The notes under the pieces are model-generated. The model did not search any database. It saw only the letters and a list, made by a program, of their open reading frames with translations, and was not told where the DNA came from. The translations under genes were made by a program, and so were the position numbers. DNA of 64,000 bases from Marsupella aquatica. Its lineage: Eukaryota; Plantae; Marchantiophyta. The DNA lies in the NCBI GenBank assembly GCA_973895155.1, contig OZ316898.1, positions 4,823,079-4,887,078 on the forward strand. Direction: 5' to 3'. This document shows positions 52,901 through 64,000 of the stretch, one piece after another (position 1 is the stretch's first letter; the number at the start of each line of letters is the position of its first letter).

Positions 52901-55900
52901 CGAGATGTTGAAATGCATCCATTCCCTGCCGAGAAATGTAGTCTCCCAGATTCTGATTTTGGAAATCAGGAGAGCATCCATGATCAAATTACATGACTGG
53001 GATCCGAGCACTGGGAGAACCTATTTCTAGTGCGAACGCGTAGGTCACCTTTCTAAACACCTGGGACCCTATATGTCTCTGAGATAGATTTGTGCTTTAA
53101 GTTTGGGAGTTGCCGTTCCGAGGAAGATTGCGAATTGCGGTTAATGATTGGAGCGAATCTTGACCGTAATGGCTTGCATCTTGACACTTTACCTTCTAGA
53201 GCCGGGCATTCTTGAACAGCCTGTGTGTCATTACTTTGGCATTTCTATTGGCCACCAAGTCAACAGTTGGGCAGGACTTGAAGTCGATCGAGTAAGTGAT
53301 GTCGTAGTTGATTGAGAGTACGAGTGCTAGGAGTCTCACATTTTGGTAATCATGACAACTAGGGCTTCGTGGGCTCCAAAGGTCATGTTTGCACTCGTCG
53401 AATACCATCTCGTCGATCGTTACAGTCCAAGTTCATGTACGGCACGAGATTTGTCTTTGCTGTAGGACTCCTCTCTAGATAAGTCTGTCCATTCTGGAGA
53501 GAAATGGCGCAAGCCAAGAGTAGGACCTAGAGATGTACGTACTCTCGAGTAATTTATTTCAAGGGTGTGGAAATGTGAGAAATTTCAAAATAGTCTTAAA
53601 CATCTAGATCGTTGGGTATGTTTCTGCTACATAGCTCATTAAAGTCCGATTCTTAGACAAACTCTTAGACAAGAGGCTGTGAGCTGGTGCGCGCATATAT
53701 GTTGGTCCTCAAGGACCTCAACAGCTTCGCCTACTCTATACATACTCCTAGAAGTAATAGACTGTTAAATACTGACATGTTATGAATGCCACTGTCTGAT
53801 TGCATTAAATTGAATTGGCTTTCATCTAGCCGCAGTCCTTTCTGCGGTTCCCCCACATTTCGAATCAAAGCGTGTTGACTGTAGAGCGTTGCATATTGGC
53901 GTCAGTTCAAGTTGCGTAATGATGAATAGTCCCAGACACAAATTTCTTCGATCTCTGGGCTAGAGGAGCCAACAATAATAGTAAGTCGAAGTTGCTGAAC
54001 TGACACCAATAGTCGTGGGTTTAATGTGACAGAAGTACCGAAGGTGGCCTGCCGCAACTTTCCAAAGCTTACCTCCGGATAAAGTAAGTCCAGCGCGCAT
54101 TACTGTCTACAAGTTTTATGACTGCAGAAGTCTTCGTCTGACTCTACTGAATGCATCCAGACTTACGTGTTGTACATTCATCGTTGGTGCTGTAAGCAAC
54201 AATTGTCCACCATAGAGTTGTGCAATGAATGATCGTCTCCAGCCTTTTTGTAACAACGAGATCTATCAATTTTGGAATTATAGTGGCCACAACGAAGAAA
54301 ATGGATTCAAAGCTTTCAGTGCCTAGTTTGACAAATTCGACAGGATGAATATTTCGTTTTCAGAATATATTTGTGTATAGTCAGCACCTCACCATGAAAC
54401 TCGTGTCCCAAGTCACATTGTGTCCACACACCAATCCGGCTTGCAGGGACGGTAAAATGCCGGTTTCCGCGGTGAAGAAGTATCTGGTCACGAAGCTCGG
54501 GCTTACCAGCGAATCAGAGGTTTGTTCCCGACACTTCCTGATAATGTGATCTGTGAGCTTGATTGAGTCTTTGCTAACTGCATACAGAATCGATCTGAAT
54601 CGATATCCATTGATCAACGATTCAAAGCTATAAATGAACAGACACTAGTCAATGATTGCACCGAACCGCGAACGAAGGCTTTATGTTGAGCGGGATGGGG
54701 AGTGTGTTTACAAGGGCGAGAATCAGGTGTCTCAGCGGTCCCACAACCCGGGCGGGACAAACACCTTCGCATCCGTCGATCTAGGCCCTCGTAAGTACCC
54801 ACTTTGTGAAAGACTGAGAAAGTCACCATCGTCTCGCGGTTGTTACTTGAAGTCTTGAACCTACTGACTAGCAGTCAGGGCCGGTCCAACGAGAGCAACA
54901 TCCATCCAGCCTGGGCATTCTTATGAAGACCCGTTTGCATACATGTACTCAAATATTATTAAAATAGGTATCTTCACTTGCTCTACAGTAGTCATATTGG
55001 GTATCCATGACGAATCCTCGTCCGCAATTAGTTAAAATATCTCTGCACGGACGTAGGTATTCGTAACAACTCGTACTTGTGCCATCTGAACGGTGAAATT
55101 CCGATCGTGCAATTCCGATTAATGAAACCTCAAGCCAGTTGGTGCAATTTATCTCTACATCGAGCCCACGGATTGGATGTGTTGACTCTGCTAAGGCCAT
55201 GGCGCGTTATTCAGTGGCAGGTATACATGTAGTTAGGAATGAATCGAACGTCTGACCCTCTTTTCATATCAGTCTGATCTACTCTAAGTAGCAAGAGTGC
55301 TAAGTCTTTCAAAATTGATCTTGTCTTCTGATAGGAACCACAATTCTCGAGAAATGAGTCTGGTATATGCGACCAAGGACATGCAAGCCTCATCTCGAGC
55401 GATTTCGAGCCCAGAACCGTAGAGTTCAGACTTGTACTGCATCCATTGTGGTTATAATAGTGAGTCTTAGTGAGACTATGGGTGACCCAGGCTTAGTTGG
55501 GAATTAGGTATGTTTCTTCGTAGGCCGTCCGTTCTGGTCCCCTTCCCTCCTATCCCTCTCTTTTCTAAGTTATGTCTGGGTGAGTTTCACGTTTCATCAG
55601 ACGGCACAAGGATGACTTCCAACCCCTCTATTTCCTTTCCGAGAAGCCTATGCACAGTTCACTCACCAGTTGTACATTCTGTCCGAAACTTTTCACTGCA
55701 CATAGGTGGATGATTGTGAGATAGACATGCCTTGAAAAGGCTACAGTGTCAAGTAAGGCGGTGTCAGCAACTCCACGAGGCAATCGAATGACAACACTGT
55801 GGCATAGAACTATAGCCTGTCCTTGACTTGTCACGTGCATATTTATCATCCCTTGTAGCAAAAGTTGACCGAGAGCCCCACACCAGATCTTAATCGTTTT

Positions 55901-56866
55901 AGCATGCATCAATGTTGAATCGATCTAACGGTGTTTATAGAGCGGCCGTATTTGGGACGAGAGTGTGACCATCGATTATTGTCTCATCTTATGTCATCAG
56001 GTCAATAGCCTCCGGGAAATCCACTCAAAGTAGAACTGCACAGCTGCTGGACCCGTGCAGATGGACCGGGAAACTGATCCCCCTTTTCGGTATTCTGACA
56101 GTACCGCTAAATAACTACCGGGCAGAACGGCCAATAGATGAATCAGTTCCCAAACTTTCTGTACACATCGTGCTTAGCGTTGAACTACAATCCTCGTTAG
56201 GAATCGGGTATCTATGATCCTGTGTGCAGTTTCCACTGTCTTGAATTTCCATACGGTGACATAACGACGATTCCTACCGTATCGGCCGGTCAAGACAGCA
56301 TGCAGAATTGCCGGAATGCCAGCGGCTGACAATTTCTTAGATAAATCCACCTGCATCGTGTGACATGCAAACAATTTGAGGGATTGCCTGTTCTATGCAC
56401 AGCTCCTTGAGTCAAAAGCTAGACAATGTGCACGCACTGGCAGCATTCCGGAAGGTAGGTTCCCTAGTTTGAGAGACAGCTCAAAGAATCTTGATCGATC
56501 ACAGTCAGAAAGTGGTTCAATTGGCCTTCTCAATCTGTGCGCTTACTTCGTGGTCTCTGATTCTTCTGTGTCCAGGTGGAAATAACATGCAAGGGGCAAC
56601 CGGTTGTGCCAAGTTTGCCATTACAACACGTTCGTGACGTCATCTGGTTTTCGAGCTTGAATGCCAGCAACAACAACAACAAAGAGCAAGCCTCTTATGG
56701 GGAGAGAGAGGAGTCCACACCCTCCGCCTCGGAGCAACGCGGTCGCCTGCCTCCTGCCACCGACCGTGCTGCTGCTGGTGCCAGCATGTTCTCCAAAGAC
56801 ATCCTTATGGTTCTCACGTACCGTAGGCACCCTCGAAGCTTGCAGCTCTCCACGTTGGTGACATAG
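49978..56866 (+). CDS. LAX PANICLE2 / BARREN STALK2-like protein with C-terminal RAWUL (ubiquitin-like) domain, ~936 aa
   Basis: Exons 49978-52373, 54033-54083, 54447-54519, 56576-56866, with GT..AG boundaries and matching phases. The spliced C-terminus GLWFVLQSAENQ/STEGGLPQLSKAYLRIK/DGKMPVSAVKKYLVTKLGLTSESE/VEITCKGQPVVPSLPLQHVRDVIW...ILMVLTYRR matches the plant RAWUL domain of the LAX2/DRIP/BMI1 group. No RING is seen in the long disordered N-terminus, which carries a WLQLG motif as in LAX2-like proteins. The start codon is uncertain; upstream exons at 46.4-48.9 kb (donor cag|gtaagg at 48911) are probably UTR. Confidence 0.82.
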
Positions 56867-58591
56867 CTGTGAAATCAACATATGTGGGCGTCATATTTTC
56901 TCAAATTTGCGAGCCTCATCGTGATAACCCCCGAGAAGTCTAAGTGACAGTAAGTAAGCTTACACACACTGAGAGATCATACAAATGTTCTATACCGTAT
57001 ATATCGATCTGCCAGTTCAACGAGAGCACATGATGATATGTGTTAGAGGTCTAAGGTATACGTCGATCCTTATGACTGCAGAAGCTCCAAGCGGTTCCAG
57101 CTAGCCGGGAGCCAAGTCTTACACATTTGGTACTAGAGTTAAAAGTTCTGAGTGGTATACCTACCAAATGGGAGCAGTACCAAACTCTACCAAATGTGTA
57201 AGACTTGGCATACTGTCTCATGGATCTAGATGTAGATGTAGATGAGAGTTCTTACTACTCTCTGCTCGCGACAATTGATCGATCTGCCAGTTCAGGAAAA
57301 GCAGTAACGTATACGCTCTTTCTATGCATCGATCCATTCAGCTGCTGCGCCTCCATCCGACAACTAATTGAAGCGAACCATTCAGTGGAGTAAAGGCCTA
57401 CAGCGATATATCGAGATGCAGATGACACTGCTGAATGCTTTTCAGAGTATTTTTACTTGATCGATGTAATTGAGAGTACTTCTGCTCTCAGAGTATTTGT
57501 AATTGATCGAATTAGTCGATCAAACGCCCTCGTGCGTATTGTACTATTCATGACTGGTCAGTCAGTAATCGCATCATTAATTAGGAGTAGAAACTGCTCA
57601 GCATGCTAGCTATTAAATTAGACAGTTCTGCAGGTACACCAGTCTTGCTAAGCATGATCGACAAAGTAACCCTTCACTTTCATAATTCGAATCCATTCAG
57701 GATGCATGGTGGAAGGTATGTTACTGTACGTAGGACCTAGATGAAACCTATTTACAGACTTAGCTAACTACATCCGCTAAATGTTTTTCGTTCTAGCAGA
57801 GAAGGATGTAGACTGAGGCCTTCTAATACTTCACAAAACAGTTGTTGCTACGACTTGCTCATCCTTGGTTGACGGAGTGTACGTGAGTAACGCTTTCCAT
57901 TTGACAGTGAGTCGTCGCAAACAGATCGCACTAACTTGCTACTATATATGGTTTTTACATTACTATGTCACCTGATCGAGATATATCCCTGGCCTCTCTC
58001 GTTGGCTAAAATGGTTGTGGATGCTCTCAATCTCAATGTGGCTCAATTTAGTGACTACGGGTTCAATCTCTCCTGTTGAACGTTAACAGGAGATCAACGT
58101 GAGACTGAACTTTGCTTTCCATGACCTTCGGAATTAGGAAGTGTTGTACAGCAGATTGACTGAAATGCATGAAGTTGGAAAGACTGGACTGAGTCAGTAG
58201 CGACTTTTTTCTGGATTAGCAATCGATCTGTACGTCATTGGAGCACTGTCAGTTGTGTACATCGATCTGTCATTTGAGAACTGTCAGTTGTGCATGTAGA
58301 TCTGAGTTTCTTGTCGTTCAAGAAGCTATCTCTTCAGTTGCTTCATTCTCGATCCATGCTTAATCTCTGATATTACTCCCAGGTAGCCTAGTTCATACTT
58401 CCAATCAATACATTCTTCCTGCAGCCAATCATCACCATTTACTCCAAAACTGCTTGTTCGATTTGTATATCTATAGAGGTAAGTTTCTCCGGCAGTGATT
58501 TGCAATTGGCCCACATTACTTCGGATATCGTCGAGCTGGGATCGAAGATACACGGCTGACTAGCTAGGCTGCGCTTGGACGTACCCGTAAA

Positions 58592-58698
58592 TTCATCGTC
58601 TGTCATGACCTCCCTAGCTCCCTTTCCTGGCCTACAGCAGCAAGAAGACACTTACTTAGGACAGGAAGGGAGCTGGGGAGGTTATGACAGACGATGAA
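58592..58698 (+). ncRNA. Long near-perfect hairpin (pre-miRNA candidate or micro-MITE)
   Basis: Arms 58592-58634 and 58657-58698 pair with 2 G-U, 1 bulge and 1 mismatch, around a 22-nt loop. Confidence 0.4.
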
Positions 58699-60131
58699 AT
58701 TAACTAGTCCAAGAACATCTCGCAATTACGACGGATTGAAGCTTCCCGTGAACCTTTCCTCTCAACCTTCATGGTGCTCAATTCCCATCGATTTCTTAAA
58801 AGTTCAATGCTCATCGACCTGGTCCAACTCAAGATATATTCACTGCCTAGAACCTCTTCATCTTGAAATCCGATACAATCCTCAGCAAATTATCTGTTCA
58901 GAACTGTGTACGTGATCAAAAGTCTACGACTATATATTCGAGTGTAGAACTCATCAAGAGAAACCCAAATCACTAAGACCATTGTGGCCAAACTTATGAA
59001 TGTGTTAGACTCTCAACTATATAAATAAAAGAACAAAGGCGCCATGACAGGAGAAGCAGGATCCAAATTAAAGTAAACAAAACCAAATTAATGGAAAGAA
59101 ACAAAGGAAAACAAATCTAATTAAAGGAAAACAAACAAAGGAAAAACAAACGAAATTAAAGGAGAACAAACGAAATTAAAGGAAAACAAAGGAAAAATTA
59201 CGGAAAACCTATGTGCCAAAAAGCCCAAGGAAGAGGCCCTGCCTGACAACGGCCAAAGAAGTAGAACTAGAACTCTTGTTGTAATGGGAGCTAAAGCACA
59301 AAACGAATGGGAGCTAAAGCACAAACGATCAAGGGATGTGAACAAAGAGTGTAGCTGGCTTGTACCCTAATTGATTGATATAGAACGAAATAATGATTCA
59401 GGCACAGGGTGAACCACTGAGCGCTAAACACACTTGTGTGCCCTTGTCTTTCAGTGGTCCAAATTGGACGCTCGTTTGGGATGATGAAGATATAGAAAAG
59501 CAGACAGATTCTGACCTATGGACAGCTCTACCCAGCAACAGGCCAGGTAACAAACTGAGAAGCCTGGTAAAGCTCCAACTGAGAAGGCAAGTACATAGCA
59601 GTGTCACAAAATTCTATTAGAAGAATAGAAGCCCTAGAACCAACCACCTCAACCCAACAAATTGACACTCATCTAACTTTCATGTTTTGTCTTATTCAGA
59701 TTTTGTTTCCCGTATTTAGATTTTAATGTGCCTTAACAAGGTAAATCAATTGTATTAATAAGATTTTGGATTAACTTTTGGACCCCTTGTAATTTTAGTT
59801 AACCTAAAGTATTTTGACTTTATTTTGGCTCCCCTCATAAATGTTTAACTCTTCCTTTTCAATCTCTCCTTAGGGAATTCTATATCTTTCCATGAGAGGG
59901 GGAAATGATTTTAAACAATGTGTACATCTGGCCTACTAAGTTCCCCTCACGTTTCCTTTATAACATTGATGGGTTTTAATTGAATTGATTCTAGTTAAAA
60001 ATTTAATGTTAATTGAATTGATTCTAGTTAACTAGAAGCAAGTGAAAATGTGTACCTTATGTACACCTTAGTACTTTCATGTACTTTCCTGATCATTATG
60101 TGCTTTTCCTGGCATGTATTTTACATTCACC

Positions 60132-60494
60132 ACGAAAAGCAATCTCGACGCTCATAAAGAGCCTCGCGTACTGGACTGCCCACATTCACTGCCCGCTGCC
60201 CATGTTTGTCACCAATGGTGACACTATTTTTCTAAGTGTCACTAGCGTTTGAATGAACCCCACTTTTGGGTGGGGTGATTGTTAAAAGGATCATGCCTTG
60301 CCAGGATTCAACCCCCAGACCTGTCACCTCCCACTCAAACACTCTACCATCGCTTCCCTAACCCGGTGATGACCATTGCTGGTTGTATATGGTATTTATC
60401 CTAATAAGATGGTCGGTTACAGCGGGCAGCAGGGGCGTACGCACGGGCTAATCATTGCTAAGTAGCATTGATTATTCTTGATATTGCTTTTCGT
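60132..60494. mobile_element. MITE-like element with TIR ACGAAAAGCAAT
   Basis: acgaaaagcaatctcga at the left end, tcttgatattgcttttcgt at the right. Inner inverted pair ctgcccgctg/cagcgggcag. No clear TSD. Confidence 0.5.
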
Positions 60495-63400
60495 CCTTAA
60501 TTGCTTTACAAGCTACTCTCTTCTTTTATCATAAATAAATTAGATGAACTAAATATCATTGCAAGACCGAAAAACTGAGGCATGTTCCAAAATGAACATG
60601 CCATATCTGACCTCTCTCTAGAGCCCGTAAGTACATAGCAGAGTCAAAAACTTCTATTAAAAGCCCTAGAACCAACCACCTCAACCCAACAAAAGATAGT
60701 GAATGTTTGACCTCTTTCTAGAGTAACTGGTATATGCTCTTGAAATAAGCCAATGAGGGTCGCGGCCTCAACTTTACAACAAATACCAAAAGATAAGGTA
60801 AAGAGCCTCAAGACCTCCATAGGGTAACAAGCAGCATATATCCACCTCCTCCATAAGCTGAGCTGTCTTGATTGCAATGTGTCCAAGTATGTGGATAGCA
60901 ATCGTAATGTTGTTCCCACCTGGATTTCCAGTAAGATTAGTACGACTACATCCCCAAGGGCTTGACTGCCTACCCTAGAAAAGGCATTCTAAATTAGCCT
61001 TTAGCCTGTTAGGAATATCATTTCAATCCCAAGGTGGAAGCACACAGAGCTGCTCCATATGATATGGTACCCCGAGTCCTGGATTAAGACGGCCACGACA
61101 TCAGGTATGTCATCGTGTGTAGCACTCCTTTCATTCCCATGATTGTGTCTGAGAATATGGACGCCCAGGGGGAGCAAAGACACCCAGGGAATCCAAACCT
61201 TAGATTTATCATACCACCAAAGAACAAAAGGCACCAATCCCACAGGCATACACAAGATCCCAAAGGCAAAAGATACAATAATTAAAGAGATCGGCCTTTG
61301 AGTAGGCTTTCCACCCCCATGCCTCCTTGGAAAATCTGAAAAAAACAGTCATGACTATTTATGACTTCACAGCAGCCTTCAAAATTTAAGTGGGGAGTGG
61401 GTGAGCAGCCCTGCTATTCACTCTCCTTTCATCGCCGTCCCGATCTCCGTCTCAAGCTTGCCAGTTCAGTTAGTCAGAGGGCTGCCTGGTATAATATTGC
61501 TCTTAACATCCCATTCCTATCTAACTGCACTTACCTTTGAATCAATGTTGCATCAGTGGCTTGCTATGATTGGGCTTAATCCTAAATCTTGGTCTGTTTG
61601 ATACTAACCATAAGCTTGCTTGGCCACCAACTCTCATGTATTCACTTGAATTGTAAAAAGGTTGTACCCTCATTTCTAAGCTTATTAGGTGTACATAGCA
61701 AATACTTTAGGTGAACTTAGCATGAGCTCAAGATCAAAACCGCTTGTAAAAAACACATTAGAAATTGAAAATTTGTGATATTAGGTGTCACAGAGTCATG
61801 CTTGAATTTACAATGACTGGATAGTGTGTTGTAAGTAGGAGCTCTATCAGCCCCTCGTCCACAGACCCTATGAGATAAGGAGGACATTTTGTAGAGCTCC
61901 TTCAGCCCCTCATGTGTGTAATTTTTACCATGAACATTGTCTTGGACTAGAAAATGGGCTTGAGACACAATTAAAGACTAATAATACAAGGTTGCCCCTT
62001 TTTATGAAGTGGTTGTCATTCAAATTTGCACTGTCCAAAAAACATTAATCCTATCAAAGAGAAGGAATAAAGACTATATTATATTTAGTGTGCACCGAAA
62101 AGGAATCAAGCACATTCCAACAAGAGGGGAATCAATTGGGACACATGAAAACAAACATACTTGCAAAATTCAATAGGTTTTTGGATGAAATAACAAGGGG
62201 TTTGGGCCAAACTACTCTTGGCTGGGGTGGCATGGTTGTGGGATGCATAATTATATAAGGGGATGATCACATATGACAACATCTTTTACATAACATGTCC
62301 TTGTGTAACGACATCTTTCACAACAAACTAAGGAATCTTTTGTTCAATGTCATTTTCACTCATCTGCCGACATCGTTTGCACAACACCATCTTTTCCGTA
62401 AATTATAGCATGTGTTACTTATCAAAATATTTTAATTAATATCATTAGTTACATTAATCATAACTACTAATTTTATTCTCTCTCCAGTGACCTGTGTTAA
62501 TAGCCTTGAGGACCCATTAATCTTTTTATCACTTTTAAAAATGATTCACCTTTTGAGTTCAACATATACTAGGTGTCCTTTAATTATGCTACAAGACAAA
62601 ATAACAAATTATGCTCCAGGATAAGCCAGGAGAACAAGAAACAAGAAAAGGGCGAGTAAAATTTTATTGGTGGAAGCATTAAGTTTACTTTGTGAAGTAT
62701 TGTTGCGGCTTCAAGTCTATAATGTATGGTCCGAACTCCTTGTTAGGAACTAAGCAACAGATCTTGCAGATTGGAACCCAAGAGAGGAACCCAGATTCCA
62801 ACTAACTGTTTTGTTTGCTGTGCCCAGGCATACCTTCTACAACTACTATAATAAACAATGCCACGATTTTTTGTCCTTCGTCCTGTTATGAAATCCAGAA
62901 TTGGCGGGAATCAAAATTGGCCGTTAGGTATTTAGAGGATTTTTCTATCCATTTGATTAGCACTTGCCCTCTCTGGTGAGGCCTCCCATGCTCGTGCCAT
63001 CATTATGAACCCCTCTCGCGATATACTCATACGGGCATCAATGCTCGCAATGCCTCATCAGCCCTCACGATGCCTTGCCCTGACACCATCCCTTGCCCTC
63101 CCCTTGGTCCCGATGCGCTCGCCGCCCCCCCCCCCCCCGCCCCCGCCCCGACCCCCGCCTTGCCTCGCCCTCCCCTCAGTCCCGATGCGCTTGCCCCTGC
63201 CTCTCGCCCCCCGGCCCGACTCCCTATGGACTGGGCTCCGTGCCTCGTGCAACGCACGGGCATAGAGCTTGTAATGCCATAATGCAAAGTGCAAAATAGT
63301 GTCTAACAACCCAACTGACAACAAGTACATTCAACTGCTTGTTGGCTGCAGGGTTGGCTGGTCAGGCTGTCAAGTTGCAGAAATTCCATCCTTTTATAAA

Positions 63401-64000
63401 AGGAGCAAGGTGATGTTGTGTTATATAATTTAGTGGAGGGGGGATCTAGTGACATGTGATGGTGTTGCGCACATATATTGATGCAAAAACCAGTGCAAAT
63501 CGGGTGGCAAATGGCTGTGTTTGTCGACTGCCAAAACTTGCAAATCTGACGGTTAGCATGGTTGAGAATAGTGGTTTGCCAATATAAGTTCAGGGACACT
63601 GATGACCACTATGACCTGCCCATCACTTGCAGCCTTGATCCCTATTGATTACTTTGGAGGACATGGCGTGAAAAGCGCGGCAGTTGGGGATAGTTATTCT
63701 TAATAACAATTTCTATTAATATACTTTCCTACCTTACTCTTGCATACATGGTTGTTTCTATATACGTTATGAATCTTTGCATACATCCCTGGATATAGGC
63801 TCATATTCTACCTGCGTCCAAAATATTGAAGATCCAACGTCAAGAAAACAAACACTGTAATACCGTATCTCGCCAAACAAAATCAGAAAAAATGTGAGAA
63901 AATCCCCGCCCTATATCATACCATTGTTTTTGGACACCGTCAAATCCATCCATACACCCATTCTATCTCAATTGCCTGCCTTAGTTGCCCTTGAATTTAG

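Noticed and set aside
60600-61400. Possible LINE fragment (GGMG motif on the minus strand) and short repeat shared with 59625-59660
   Set aside because: Too decayed to assign by eye.
63005-63330. Pro-rich extensin-like ORFs
   Set aside because: C-rich low-complexity patch open in several frames, with no splice or domain support.

Overview
Eukaryotic, intron-rich land-plant nuclear DNA. The long structured 5' UTRs and gene style suggest a bryophyte/non-seed plant, but that is inference. Three host genes can be assembled: a 6-exon ESCRT-III SNF7/VPS32 gene (minus strand, 3349-5823), a 5-exon conserved Lys-rich protein gene with duplicated N-terminal exons (plus, 10423-13202), and a LAX2/BA2-like RAWUL-domain gene (plus, ~49978-56866). 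They are separated by TE-littered intergenic DNA. The highlight is a young 9,775-bp Ty3/gypsy-like retroelement (minus, 31733-41507, 4-bp TSD ATTG). Its polyprotein reads Gag(2x CCHC)-protease-C5 cytosine DNA methyltransferase (DNMT3-like)-RT-RNase H-DDE integrase-PHD finger. Instead of ordinary LTRs it has split direct repeats (element orientation B-internal-A-gc-B-A) with an internal palindromic CA-gc-TG att junction. A G7 PPT abuts A. There is no obvious tRNA PBS, but a 14-nt PBS is complementary to a site inside B that looks like the transcript 5' end (Tf1-style self-priming). The geometry matches what integration of a 2-LTR circle through an att site inside the LTR would produce. This copy is inactivated by four stop codons explicable by C>T changes and two frameshifts.
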